Notes: generated from the letters alone by a model not told the origin. DNA of 32,000 bases from Promethearchaeota archaeon (GCA_048938295.1 JBHLMI010000025.1:1-32000); one strand, 5' to 3'. Positions 16,881 through 26,953 are shown, counted from the first letter of the stretch. A program made the numbers and translations.

Positions 16881-17693
16881 GTGCGAGAAATGCTCGTTAA
16901 ACCTCCTGAAAAAGTTTCGATCGGCATGATTGGCGGAACGGGTGTGTATGACCCCGAAGTATTCACCAATATCAAAGAATACAAGATTTACACGCCGTTT
17001 GGTGCTCCCTCTGATAAAATCATGGTAGGTTCTTTAGGAAAGCAACGTGTGGCTTTCATCCCCCGGCATGGTCGAGATCATATTTATCCACCACACCTAG
17101 TGAATTATAGGGCTAACATTTGGGCCCTCAAAACTATGGGGGTGACACGACTTATCACCATCTCGGCCGTCGGAAGCCTCAGAGATGAAATCAAACCGGG
17201 TGTTCTCTTTATTCCCGATCAAGCCTTTGATTGGACGCGGAGTCGCCCACGAACCTTCTTTGAAGAAGGGGTTGTAGCCCATGTCTCCATGGCTCATCCT
17301 TTCTGCCCCGATTTGTCTAAATTCATAGCAGACAGGGCTAAAGCGCTCAAACTCCCCCATCATTACAAAGGTACTATTATTACCATCGAGGGACCCCAAT
17401 TTTCTACCATCGCGGAATCCCACTTCTATCGTGCACAGGGGTTTGACATCATAGGCATGACCCTCCATCCTGAAGTATATCTAGCCCGGGAAGCCCAGCT
17501 GTGCTTCACGAATGTATCGATGATTACCGACTATGATGTGTATGCCGAGAAACCCGTCAGCCATGAAGAAGTCCAAAAAACCATGGCTGAAAACCTTGGC
17601 AAAGTCAAGCAATTACTCACAGACGTAATTCCCAGCATGTCCACTAAGCAAGACAAGTGTGGGTGTGGGAAAACCCTCGAAGGTGCCGTTTAA
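16881..17693 (+). CDS. mtnP: S-methyl-5'-thioadenosine phosphorylase
   Basis: IGMIGGTG, TPFGAPS, PRHGRDH, NYRANIWAL, AVGSL, EGPQFSTIAES, IIGMT, TDYD motifs. Confidence 0.93.
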   Translation: MREMLVKPPEKVSIGMIGGTGVYDPEVFTNIKEYKIYTPFGAPSDKIMVGSLGKQRVAFIPRHGRDHIYPPHLVNYRANIWALKTMGVTRLITISAVGSLRDEIKPGVLFIPDQAFDWTRSRPRTFFEEGVVAHVSMAHPFCPDLSKFIADRAKALKLPHHYKGTIITIEGPQFSTIAESHFYRAQGFDIIGMTLHPEVYLAREAQLCFTNVSMITDYDVYAEKPVSHEEVQKTMAENLGKVKQLLTDVIPSMSTKQDKCGCGKTLEGAV

Positions 17694-17768
17694 TCCTCTA
17701 GACTGCCAGGACTTCAATGGCTAACAGCCACCTCTAAACTTTTTATGCCATACCTTCTACTCTAATTT

Positions 17769-18767
17769 ATGGAATATCAAACTCTTGCTCGTCCTGAGGT
17801 ATTGGAATGGCTGTTCGAGTCTTCCAATCCTAGCATTCGATACTGGGCACTTCAACTTCTCCTGGGGAAACCACCAACTGATTTCGACGTGCTAGCGGCC
17901 CGAGAGGCTATCCAGGAATCACCCATTGTGAAGGCCTATCTGGGTGCCCAAACCTCAAAAGGGTATTGGGAAAAGGAGAACTCTATCTATGCCAGCAAAT
18001 ACAAGGCCACAACCCATGTCCTTCTAATCCTGGCGGAGTTAGGTCTTTCGCGAATCCCTGAAATCGAGAAAGCAGTTGAGCATCTGTTCAAATTCCAACT
18101 CAATTCAGGCCATTTCAATACCGTCCTGCCCAAAACTGCTCGTGGATATGATAGCACAATCTCCGATACCTGCTGCCTTGACGCGAACATCCTCTACTAT
18201 CTTGCTCGCTTTGATTTCCTTGAAGATCCACGCACCCAGAAAACCATCCAATTCTTAGTTGACCATTATACTGCGGAAGAGGGTGGATGGAAATGCCGTG
18301 CTTACCCCATCAATCCCGATGGAGTCTTCCCCCAAACCTGCTTCATGGGACTCTGCAAAGTGCTCAAAGCATTCTCGGTTTTCCCCCAACACCATCGTTC
18401 AAAGGACATTAACCGAATCATTGATGGAGTAGTAGATGTCATTTTAGAAAATCAAATTTATAAGTATCTTCGCAACCCGGATGGCAGTCGAAAAGAAAAG
18501 GCTGGGTGGAAACGTTTTGGCTTTCCCCTCTTCTATAACTCAGACATCTTGGATGTCCTTGGGACCCTGACTCGACTTAAAGTTAAAGACTCCCGAATAA
18601 CAGATTCAATCAAGGTTGTCATTGATGCCCAACAAGCTGACGGCAAATGGTTACTGAAGACCACTTTCAATGGTAAATTCTGGCACGATATCGAACAAAA
18701 GGGGAAGCCTTCAAAATGGATCACTCTCCGTGCTCTATATGCGCTCAAACATTTCGTAGAGCGCTGA
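17769..18767 (+). CDS. Prenyltransferase/squalene-cyclase-like alpha/alpha-toroid protein of unknown function
   Basis: QW-like repeats QTSKGYW, QLNSGHF, EEGGW and QQADGKW; GFPLFYNSDIL and GKPSKWITLRAL motifs typical of a widespread uncharacterised family. Confidence 0.75.
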   Translation: MEYQTLARPEVLEWLFESSNPSIRYWALQLLLGKPPTDFDVLAAREAIQESPIVKAYLGAQTSKGYWEKENSIYASKYKATTHVLLILAELGLSRIPEIEKAVEHLFKFQLNSGHFNTVLPKTARGYDSTISDTCCLDANILYYLARFDFLEDPRTQKTIQFLVDHYTAEEGGWKCRAYPINPDGVFPQTCFMGLCKVLKAFSVFPQHHRSKDINRIIDGVVDVILENQIYKYLRNPDGSRKEKAGWKRFGFPLFYNSDILDVLGTLTRLKVKDSRITDSIKVVIDAQQADGKWLLKTTFNGKFWHDIEQKGKPSKWITLRALYALKHFVER

Positions 18768-18835
18768 TGGGGCTAGACACTTTTATGGAAGTGCCACCTT
18801 GTGGGCAGGTGCTTACAATCTAGGAGCTGTCTTGT

Positions 18836-19501
18836 ATGGTTGAGCCAATCAAATGCCAGTTCGTCGACTTTCAAGAAATCTATGATATGTCGAAACAGTT
18901 GGCCTTCAAAGTCACTGAATCTGGATACGAACCCGATCTCCTCTTAGCCATAGCGAGAAGTGGCTTTGTACCCGGACGCCTGATGTCCGACTTCATGGGC
19001 AACTCAAACCTCTATGCCCTTAAAGTTGAACACTGGCTCGATACCACCGCTGAACATCAAGAAGATGCTACCATTCCCGTTCGGTCCCCGTTACCCGTCA
19101 AGGGAAAAAGTGTCTTGATCATTGATGACATCGTAGATACTGGACGATCTGCAATCCAAACTCTCAAGTACATCAACGGGATCGGAGCGAAGGAAGCAAA
19201 AACCGCAGTAATGCTCTATTTGACGGTTTCAGAATATGAGCCAGATTACTATACGGTGAAGGAATCAGAATGGATCTGGTTTATCTGGTTCTGGAATCGA
19301 TTCGAAGATCTTCGTAACCTCACAATCAAACTCTTTGATAATGACAAAGATCGGACACTAAGTCTAAGAGACATCCTTGCTGGTCTAAAGAAAAACTTCA
19401 CCTTGGATGTTGACCAAAAAGAACTTGAACAAGTCTTGTATACCGCAGGGCGTGTTGGAAAACTTCAAGTTGATGACCTGGACCGAATCCGTCTTCTTTA
19501 G
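18836..19501 (+). CDS. Type I phosphoribosyltransferase (purine salvage, HPRT-like) with C-terminal extension
   Basis: AIARSG and the PRPP loop VLIIDDIVDTGRS; WIWFIW motif. Confidence 0.9.
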   Translation: MVEPIKCQFVDFQEIYDMSKQLAFKVTESGYEPDLLLAIARSGFVPGRLMSDFMGNSNLYALKVEHWLDTTAEHQEDATIPVRSPLPVKGKSVLIIDDIVDTGRSAIQTLKYINGIGAKEAKTAVMLYLTVSEYEPDYYTVKESEWIWFIWFWNRFEDLRNLTIKLFDNDKDRTLSLRDILAGLKKNFTLDVDQKELEQVLYTAGRVGKLQVDDLDRIRLL

Positions 19502-19577
19502 TCATCCATCCCTCGGTATAATGGCTCCACTAATAGCAGGTTTCTTCTTCTTTTAACTCTCGAAGGGGGTTTCAGAA

Positions 19578-20531
19578 TTAAGCCAAGCTCATGCTTAGTA
19601 GGAATAAATATAGACCAATAGCCACGAGAGCGCCGATTAAACAAGACACCATGTTGACCATGTGATTGTCCAAGAAATGGCTACCACGAAGATAAGTGGC
19701 ATTTTCTCCACAATGAACTTTCTTTTCGGTTTGCTTACCGCATACACCACAGGCCCAATGTCCCTGAATTGTAGCTCCTAAAACACTGTCAACCGTACAG
19801 CCAACGATTCCGCCTAGCATTGCGACTAAAACATAGGTGACCGGAGCAATTCCTGCTAGTTCAGGCATCAACATGGTTCCAAACCAATTAATCCAGAATG
19901 GTGCTACGAGGAGGGCAGCAATCCCGCCAATGAGCAAGGTGCCAAGAAGTGTGGCAAGCTCACCGGCCACAGAGATTCCACCTGAGGTTCCTGGAGGAAC
20001 CACCATGCGGAGGTTGGTAATCAGACGTGGAGGTTGTGGATTGAGTAATCCAATTTCTGTAGCTAGTGTGTCTGCTGTGGCGGTAGCCACTGCACCTAAA
20101 AACGCTACAAAGGCCACTGCAATCACTAACGATGCGGGGACCACCATATGACCAACACCGACATCAATCCGTCCATACGCATTGCTTTGCCCAAAGAAAA
20201 AAATCAGCGAAACCGCAAAGAGCACAATACTGAGTGGCAAACCTCCGTTCGCCAAAACATGGGACCAATCCCTAGCCCCGCCCTTTTCTTGTGCCGCACC
20301 ATGCTGATGTTTAATCTTGTATTTGTAATGAGTAAATTGGGCGGTTACCACGAAGAAGATTAGCAGAATTAAAAACCAGGTCCACGAGGTGAGTAACCAC
20401 ACTGTGATGCCCAAGAAAAAGGCTGCAACAAGTCCTGACTTAGTCACAATGCGCCCCCTGTAAGCTATTACTGCCAAGGTCCCCATCACAAGGATGGCAA
20501 TCAGCACACTTACGGGGTCAAATAGCACCAT
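19578..20531 (-). CDS. DUF92/TMEM19-family membrane protein
   Basis: EKGGARDWSHVLANG, ATATADTLATEIG, VPPGTSGGIS, DSVLGATIQ, LDNHMVN motifs. Confidence 0.92.
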   Translation of the reverse strand: MVLFDPVSVLIAILVMGTLAVIAYRGRIVTKSGLVAAFFLGITVWLLTSWTWFLILLIFFVVTAQFTHYKYKIKHQHGAAQEKGGARDWSHVLANGGLPLSIVLFAVSLIFFFGQSNAYGRIDVGVGHMVVPASLVIAVAFVAFLGAVATATADTLATEIGLLNPQPPRLITNLRMVVPPGTSGGISVAGELATLLGTLLIGGIAALLVAPFWINWFGTMLMPELAGIAPVTYVLVAMLGGIVGCTVDSVLGATIQGHWACGVCGKQTEKKVHCGENATYLRGSHFLDNHMVNMVSCLIGALVAIGLYLFLLSMSLA

Positions 20532-20720
20532 GGAATGTCAACTCTGCATCAAATGTCGCATAAATTCTGTTGCGTAGGTTTCCAGGGAAGAGATTGCGTT
20601 GGAACACGTCTGATAGCCGTGTGCCAATACATTCTGATATAAACCTTGCCGTTGAAGAAACAGGAAAGTCGGTGATTGTCGAAAGATTATAGGGGTATCG
20701 ACTCGATGGTCACATACTAG

Positions 20721-22697
20721 TTATTGCATTAGATGTTTCTTGAAGAAAGCCACAATCGCCCGATACGCCTTCATCAAGTTCTCCACCTTCGTGAAGCCGT
20801 GGCCTTCATTCTCAAACACAAGGTATTCAACTTCGACTCCCTGTTTACGGAGTTGCTTAGCGACATCAGCGGATTCTGCTTCGACAACCCGGGGGTCATT
20901 ACGTCCTTGAATGATTAGCATTGGCGCTTTGACGTTGCTGAAGTGGGTTGCAGGTGATCGCTCGGTTAGAAATTCTTTGTCGGTGTCTGGGTGTCCTACA
21001 GCATGATAGAACCAAGTTCGCCAAGTTTCAGGTAAACGCTCAATGAAAGTAAAGAGGTTATACGGTCCAAACATATCACAGGACGCTTTCCAATATTCTG
21101 AATAGTTTGCAGACAGCCATAGAGTCATATAGCCACCATAACTACGACCCACGACAGCTCGACGGCTCGAATCAATACGTTGATCCTTCTCAAGGAACTT
21201 CAATCCTTCGATATGATCCTTTGCGTCACCGCCTCCCCAATCCCGGTCAACAAGTTTCATGTAAGATTGTCCGTATCCTGTACTACCACGGACGTTGGGC
21301 ACAAATACTGCAAATCCATTTAATGTGAAATACTGAATAAGGGGCATGGAAAACCATGTGTAATCTGGGCGCTCTTGACTTTGGGGACCTCCATGGACAT
21401 AGAGAATCAATGGATACGGTTTCTTGTATCCCAGTTCCTTGGAGGGCAGGTATAATCGTGCTGAAATCTGTAAGCCATCGAAACTTTTGAAACTGGCATC
21501 TTCTCCAGGGGCGAGATAGTTTTGGTCAATACCAAGAATACGTTCATTCGAAAGTCGTTTAACCCACTCAGTTTTTGAAGAAGGGGTTATGAGAAAAATC
21601 TGGGAAGGGGATGTGGCCGTTGTAAATGTAGCAACATACTCTACTGCAGGACTTTCCTTTTCGTCAGATATTGCTTCATCAATGCCTAAATCAACACCAC
21701 CATCCAATGGTGGCTTCCCGATGAGAACTTCTTTAAGGTGGAATTGCGGCGCCGTAGGTGTTTCATCTAATTCGGCTTGATATACCCAGCTGCAACCATC
21801 AATGTTGAATCCAATTATGTACCGGCTGCCTTGGATTTGTCTCATCCAATCCAGTTGGCCCAAGCCTTTATGCTGTATCCCAGTGACTTTCACCGGATGA
21901 ACCTTCTTAGGATCTGACAAATCGAGGAATCCAATACCACCTTTATCATCGTGAAGAGTCGTCTTGAAGATGAGTGCTAAATCGTCTCGGATAAAATAAC
22001 AGCGCCCTAATCCTAGCAGTGGATACTCCTTTCCCTTCTCTCGATCCTCTATGGGAGTTCCGAGTAAAAGGGATCGTTGTTTGTCACCCTTCTTGAAGAT
22101 ATATAATACATCGTCATTTGCCGTGTAGGTGTCTCCGAGGAGGACTTGGTCGTGATTCTGATTATAGCCCACGCAATAGTTCCCATAAATGCTTGTTCCT
22201 AATGATGTGATATCCAGAGTCTCAAGATCCACCTTGATTGTTTCCATGTCAGGGGTTTTTCGATCATCAATTGTAAAATAAACCGTGGCTGTTCTCCTAT
22301 CAAATTCAATGAGCATTAATTGTTGCCCTGCATATCGATCACCGAATATGGGTTTAGGAACCCCTCCAGAAAGCGGGATGAAACAAGGCTGATAGTTTTC
22401 ATCACCATCTTTATCCACCATGACTAAAATTTTCTTGAGTGATGGGATTACCCGGTAATTGTAACCAGCCATTAGGTGGGGATTTTGAAGGGCTAAACCC
22501 CGTGGAAGGAGTGGTTCCGGGATACTACCCTGCTTATCCATAACGAACAGGCTATACAATCCACTCATATCGCTGATGAAATAGATTCTCCCATCAACGA
22601 GCTGAGGGGACAATATCCGGCGCGCCGATAGTAGTGATTCGAGAGGAAAGGATTTGCTTTTATCCGCCATTATAATTACCTCGGTCAGACCTTTCAA
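20721..22697 (-). CDS. S9-family serine peptidase (prolyl oligopeptidase/acylaminoacyl-peptidase-like)
   Basis: YVHGGPQ, NVRGSTGYG, nucleophile GRSYGG, Asp in GRNDPRV, His in EGHG; N-terminal propeller region. Confidence 0.95.
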   Translation of the reverse strand: MKGLTEVIIMADKSKSFPLESLLSARRILSPQLVDGRIYFISDMSGLYSLFVMDKQGSIPEPLLPRGLALQNPHLMAGYNYRVIPSLKKILVMVDKDGDENYQPCFIPLSGGVPKPIFGDRYAGQQLMLIEFDRRTATVYFTIDDRKTPDMETIKVDLETLDITSLGTSIYGNYCVGYNQNHDQVLLGDTYTANDDVLYIFKKGDKQRSLLLGTPIEDREKGKEYPLLGLGRCYFIRDDLALIFKTTLHDDKGGIGFLDLSDPKKVHPVKVTGIQHKGLGQLDWMRQIQGSRYIIGFNIDGCSWVYQAELDETPTAPQFHLKEVLIGKPPLDGGVDLGIDEAISDEKESPAVEYVATFTTATSPSQIFLITPSSKTEWVKRLSNERILGIDQNYLAPGEDASFKSFDGLQISARLYLPSKELGYKKPYPLILYVHGGPQSQERPDYTWFSMPLIQYFTLNGFAVFVPNVRGSTGYGQSYMKLVDRDWGGGDAKDHIEGLKFLEKDQRIDSSRRAVVGRSYGGYMTLWLSANYSEYWKASCDMFGPYNLFTFIERLPETWRTWFYHAVGHPDTDKEFLTERSPATHFSNVKAPMLIIQGRNDPRVVEAESADVAKQLRKQGVEVEYLVFENEGHGFTKVENLMKAYRAIVAFFKKHLMQ

Positions 22698-22752
22698 GCC
22701 CTCGTCTTTATAGATTTGATTGTCTAGGACGGATTCGCATATAGACTGCAGG

Positions 22753-23667
22753 TTAACGAAGTTCTAGCGACTCTGAGTCTCGTACAAGGCTTACTTCTCG
22801 GGCTAATAATATAGTTGCACCCATGACAATTGCAGCACCCGCAAGTTGCCAAGGTGTGGGAGGAATCTTGAAAACAATAGCATAAAGAGTAAATGTAACC
22901 AGCGGTGCTGGAGCGATTAGTGCTGTAGCTTTCCCCAGGTTTATACGACTGATACCTTCATACCATAGACTATGGGCAAGGAGAATCACGATTGCTTCAA
23001 TTATGATTATCACCACAACCACCGAGAAGTTGGACGTAAAAAGAATGAGGTCTCCTAGCAATATTCCACTAACCGCCAGGAGGAGAAGCAATGCCCCCCC
23101 AACAAGGTTGCGATATGCTACAGCCGTCCACGAAGATACCCGTTGTAATACTGGTTTGGCAAAGGTATGTCCTGCAGCCCATGCCATTGGTGTAATCAGG
23201 AGGAGTATGTCACCGATTCCAAGTGCTGTCAATTGGTTTGTCACTACGACAAGTAAGACACCAAAAAACATGAGCGTCATCCAAGCTAATTGCCGCTTTG
23301 AGATTGTTTCATTCAAAAAGAAATATCCAAAGGTTAAGGCGAATACCAATTCAGATCGTAAAATAATGGCCGCATTATTCGAACTGGAAAGTTGTACTCC
23401 GATAAACAGACAGGTAAAGGCTAAAAAGGTCCCTAAAACTCCAGCCATCATAAGACGACGTTTATCTGATGCTGAGATGCCCTGGCTAATCTTCGGCGTT
23501 GATTTTCGCCTGATGATGAATGCTGTAAGGCCAGCGCCAAGTGCTGCTATGGAGGCAAACACAAGTGGGGCTACCAATAATCCGCCAAACTCGATGACGA
23601 CCGGATGAATACCATAGACAAAGAGACCAATGAGGATGAAAAGTGTGCCAAGGTTTTCTTTGTCCAT
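22753..23667 (-). CDS. EamA/DMT-family transporter
   Basis: About 10 TM in two EamA-like halves; FFLNETISKRQ and WYEGISRI motifs. Confidence 0.9.
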   Translation of the reverse strand: MDKENLGTLFILIGLFVYGIHPVVIEFGGLLVAPLVFASIAALGAGLTAFIIRRKSTPKISQGISASDKRRLMMAGVLGTFLAFTCLFIGVQLSSSNNAAIILRSELVFALTFGYFFLNETISKRQLAWMTLMFFGVLLVVVTNQLTALGIGDILLLITPMAWAAGHTFAKPVLQRVSSWTAVAYRNLVGGALLLLLAVSGILLGDLILFTSNFSVVVVIIIIEAIVILLAHSLWYEGISRINLGKATALIAPAPLVTFTLYAIVFKIPPTPWQLAGAAIVMGATILLAREVSLVRDSESLELR

Positions 23668-23779
23668 GTTAAGTCACTTTCTTGAAGACGCATCTCTGAC
23701 ATTACTGATAGATATAAATGGTATGTCACTAGTGAGTACAATATCCCAACACCTTTCACTCCGCTTGGAGTTCCTTTAT

Positions 23780-24325
23780 ATGGCTGAATCCTTGCTCGAA
23801 ATAGAAGTATTAAACCGCATCAAAGCCGAAGCGAAAAAGAACAGCTGTTCTGAGAAAGAGGTCATCCAAGCATATATTCGAAAAATGAATCAAGATAACC
23901 ATGATGAATTTCAGAAAACGCCCATTGAGGAGCGGATCGTGCTTGTCCCACAATGTCTCCGCGAATCTGACTGCAAAGCCCCCCTGGGCGAATATGGCTA
24001 CATCTGCCAGCACTGCAACCCTGAATGCCAGGTAAATCAGATTTCCAAAGCCGCAGACAAACTTGGGTATAAAGGTGTCTACATCCTACCAGGCGGCAGT
24101 ATGGCTCAAAAAATCATCGACTTCAGTCAACCCCACGCCATCCTTGGCATCGCCTGTGAAAAAGAAGCCTTGCTGGGTGGACTCCTTCTGAAGAAACTTG
24201 GAATCATTGGCCGTGCGATTCTACTTTTCCGTGATGGCTGCGTCAACACCTTGGTTAAAGTCGCTGATGTCCTTAAAATCCTCGGCGTCAAGCTAGACCG
24301 CCGGCAAGATGCGAAAGATCGATGA
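23780..24325 (+). CDS. DUF116-family Cys-rich protein
   Basis: VPQCLR..C, CQHC...C, ILPGGS, GIACEKE and GCVNT motifs. ATG 23780 is preferred because the ORF-track start at 23630 overlaps the EamA gene. Confidence 0.85.
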   Translation: MAESLLEIEVLNRIKAEAKKNSCSEKEVIQAYIRKMNQDNHDEFQKTPIEERIVLVPQCLRESDCKAPLGEYGYICQHCNPECQVNQISKAADKLGYKGVYILPGGSMAQKIIDFSQPHAILGIACEKEALLGGLLLKKLGIIGRAILLFRDGCVNTLVKVADVLKILGVKLDRRQDAKDR

Positions 24326-24331
24326 ATTAAT

Positions 24332-24739
24332 TCACCCTTCCCAGGTCTTCGCAGGCACCCAACCGTGCATCTCATCTGCCGCATTCAGTACTTGGCGAAT
24401 GTATCGGGATAACTCTTCTGCCGTAAGATCCGTATCAGCAGTCTCTACCACAACAGCCAAGTCTCCATCAGGGTCCAAACAGAATTTAATGCCATTCCAA
24501 GACCACGCCTCCTGGAGCAACTTCGCGTAGAATGCAGTCGTGTCCTTAGCAGAGAGCTTGGGAAATTTCTGCCAGCCCACAATGGTGAGCCAGACATCAT
24601 TAGGGCTAAAAATGAAATTAATAACAAGATTTTCCCATTTGTCGGTTTTCCAGAGGGCGACGACGGTTTCGTCTTTGAGTTCGTATCTGACTTCAAGTTC
24701 ATCAAGCAGGCTGGTAATTTCTTCTATTCGTTTTCCCAT
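24332..24739 (-). CDS. YbjN / type III secretion chaperone-like domain protein
   Basis: Acidic 135-aa protein with KLLQEAWSWNGIKFCLDPDGDL and LTAEEL pattern. Confidence 0.7.
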   Translation of the reverse strand: MGKRIEEITSLLDELEVRYELKDETVVALWKTDKWENLVINFIFSPNDVWLTIVGWQKFPKLSAKDTTAFYAKLLQEAWSWNGIKFCLDPDGDLAVVVETADTDLTAEELSRYIRQVLNAADEMHGWVPAKTWEG

Positions 24740-24925
24740 TGGTGTAGCCTCAGATTGGTTATAGTGGTTTCGTCACTGTTCGTGTAACGGTAGAAAAACC
24801 TTTTCGAGTTAAGGCTTTGAAGGTGCACGGAGGATGTGTTTTCGTAATGGAGGGGTTCTTTAAAAGACCAGACCCCGGTTAGTATCGTGGGTTCTCAATA
24901 GGCGGCAAGTTTCTGCTATCGTCTA

Positions 24926-25273
24926 ATGAGCCAGTTTACCTATAGGTTGCAGTTATCAAAGGTGTTGAAAGTGACCCAGGACAGTTCCATTTACAAACGG
25001 ACACGTTACGACATCTATGCCATGCTACTCCGCATCATCATAATTCATGGCTATTGCCCCCTAACCCGGGCAGCTCGCTCAACGAATCTGCCCGTGGATC
25101 GGGCAAAGACCACCCTGGTGTTTCTTGAAGAGCGGGGCCTTGTCGAAGCCATTGAAGAAAAAAATCGGAGGTTATTTCGGGTCACAGTCCGGGGACGACA
25201 GTACCTGGAAATGTATAAGCGTATGATTGGCTTTGTCGGCATGCCCATGCCCGAACCCGTCACACCGTTTTAG
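24926..25273 (+). CDS. Winged-HTH predicted transcriptional regulator (archaeal COG3432-like)
   Basis: RTRYDIYAML, TRAARSTNL, LEERGLV and FRVTVRGRQYL pattern. Confidence 0.8.
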   Translation: MSQFTYRLQLSKVLKVTQDSSIYKRTRYDIYAMLLRIIIIHGYCPLTRAARSTNLPVDRAKTTLVFLEERGLVEAIEEKNRRLFRVTVRGRQYLEMYKRMIGFVGMPMPEPVTPF

Positions 25274-25320
25274 TGTTATCGCAATATGAAGGGAATTCCA
25301 AAGTGAAATGAGGTTTAGCG

Positions 25321-26277
25321 ATGGGAATCAATTCAAGTGTATATGACACTGTAGTTGTTGGCGGTGGTCCTGCAGGAATCGCCGCCGCAATGCATTTGGG
25401 GTTTCATCAGCGGAGAGTCTTAATCATCGACCGAAAGACAACACCGATGCAATTTGCGAATACTCCAATCCATAATTATCCTGGTGTGAAACCCCTCGTT
25501 GCCCCCACAAAAATCCTTCAAAAGATGAGGAGAGAATTACGTGAGTATAACGTTGAAACCTTTTTTGGTAATGTGATCGGCATCACGGGGCAGACGCCAA
25601 ATTTTCTTATTGACGTCAAATCTGCCCAAGAGACGCTTACAACGGTCACCGCGAAAACCTTGGTCTTGGCAACGGGGATTGCTCGCAAACATCCTAAGGT
25701 CGACGGTGATTGGAAAAAGTGGCTTCCGTTTGCGGGAAAAAATCACACGAGCTATTACTGTCCAGATTGTGATAGTCCACAAGCTACCGGGAAAGACGTC
25801 ATCATCGTCAATGCTGGGACAGCCAATAGCGCACTGCACGTGGCTCGGTGCATCAAACCCTTTGCAACGCGCATTCGAATTTTCATGACCGAAGATGCCT
25901 ACGCCCCTTACACCAAGGACTCTGAAACAATTCTGAATAAGTCGGGTTTCGAATGGACCCATGGACTCATTAAAGAAATTAACATACTAGAACCTGGAAA
26001 ACGACAGCAGCTTATCACCGCTGATGATCGAACCCTTGAATGCAATATCTTCTTCGTTGCATGGGTTGCTGTTCCACGGAGTGAGCTTGCGAAACGAATG
26101 GGTGTTGATGTGGATACGCAAGGTAATATCATCACTGATCACAAGGGAACTACAAATATCAAAGGGGTCTGGGCTGCAGGAGACATCCTACCTATCACCC
26201 AAACAGTTGCTACCGCAGTTGGGACAGGTGTATATGCTGGAATCATGATTGCCCACTACTTGTTATCATTTGATTGA
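25321..26277 (+). CDS. Thioredoxin reductase-like FAD-dependent disulfide oxidoreductase
   Basis: GGGPAG FAD motif, NYPG, ATG, redox CPDC, TNIKGVWAAGD. Confidence 0.88.
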   Translation: MGINSSVYDTVVVGGGPAGIAAAMHLGFHQRRVLIIDRKTTPMQFANTPIHNYPGVKPLVAPTKILQKMRRELREYNVETFFGNVIGITGQTPNFLIDVKSAQETLTTVTAKTLVLATGIARKHPKVDGDWKKWLPFAGKNHTSYYCPDCDSPQATGKDVIIVNAGTANSALHVARCIKPFATRIRIFMTEDAYAPYTKDSETILNKSGFEWTHGLIKEINILEPGKRQQLITADDRTLECNIFFVAWVAVPRSELAKRMGVDVDTQGNIITDHKGTTNIKGVWAAGDILPITQTVATAVGTGVYAGIMIAHYLLSFD

Positions 26278-26343
26278 ACTCAACAACACAACCATTGGCT
26301 AGCAATTTCATCAGCCTGAAAAGATAATAACATCTCAGAGACT

Positions 26344-26619
26344 TCACACAACGACTCTTTCCTCAGCTAGTTCTTTTAACAGTATTAATCCCCGGTTGAT
26401 CTTATCTCTCAGTTCCGCAATATCTCCTTCTTCAGCCTTATGTTTATCAAAAAGTACCACTACCGAAAGCTGAAGTCTATTAAGGGAAAGAAAAATCCGA
26501 TAACAAGTCTGATGTTCCTCTGGGGTATCAAACGAAAAGGTTACTGGCCAATCCCATTCTTTCGTGATTTGTAAAATGAATTGCTTCACCCATGAAGAAA
26601 GTTTTCTCCTAGATACCAT
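26344..26619 (-). CDS. Small hypothetical protein
   Basis: 91-aa ORF with plausible globular composition; convergent with the reductase; T-rich TATA-like sequence upstream. Confidence 0.6.
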   Translation of the reverse strand: MVSRRKLSSWVKQFILQITKEWDWPVTFSFDTPEEHQTCYRIFLSLNRLQLSVVVLFDKHKAEEGDIAELRDKINRGLILLKELAEERVVV

Positions 26620-26761
26620 TAGTTACGCACAATCCACTATTTGTCGAGTATGAATATAAAAAATGAAGATAGTCGCATCATCTGACTCCAAACTCACCAA
26701 TTACTCTCATAATTCGCCTATTTTAAGTTTAAACACTCGTTTTCAAACAAAGTCAGTTTAG

Positions 26762-26807
26762 TTACATTATGTGAATCCAAAATGGAGAATTACTCACATA
26801 TTGTGAG
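26762..26807. promoter_or_regulatory. Operator-like array A (TCACA-N3-TGTGA units)
   Basis: TTACA-TTA-TGTGA at 26762, ATCCA-AAA-TGGAG at 26775, perfect CTCACA-TAT-TGTGAG at 26793-26807. Confidence 0.6.
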
Positions 26808-26953
26808 TCTCAAAATACCGATTTTTGTATGGCTATATGATAGGACAGACCTTAAGTCCCAGATTACCGTTTTTTGGGTCGGATAGTGATGGGACTCGTA
26901 CTTGGAGAGGTGGAGAAAAAAAGGAGTTGATATTAATGAAAAATTGCTGTAGG

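Noticed and set aside
17769-18767. Squalene-hopene cyclase or NifH label for the toroid protein
   Set aside because: Too short for a cyclase and no DxDD motif; no P-loop or Cys motifs of nitrogenase iron protein.
20541-20624. 27-codon minus-strand uORF ahead of the DUF92 gene
   Set aside because: No SD and no informative composition; expected by chance in a gap of this size.
23003-23608. 201-aa plus-strand ORF, and other long antisense ORFs (e.g. 10262-10702, 19837-20151, 30157-30786)
   Set aside because: They lie entirely within well-supported genes and have no motifs; shadow frames.
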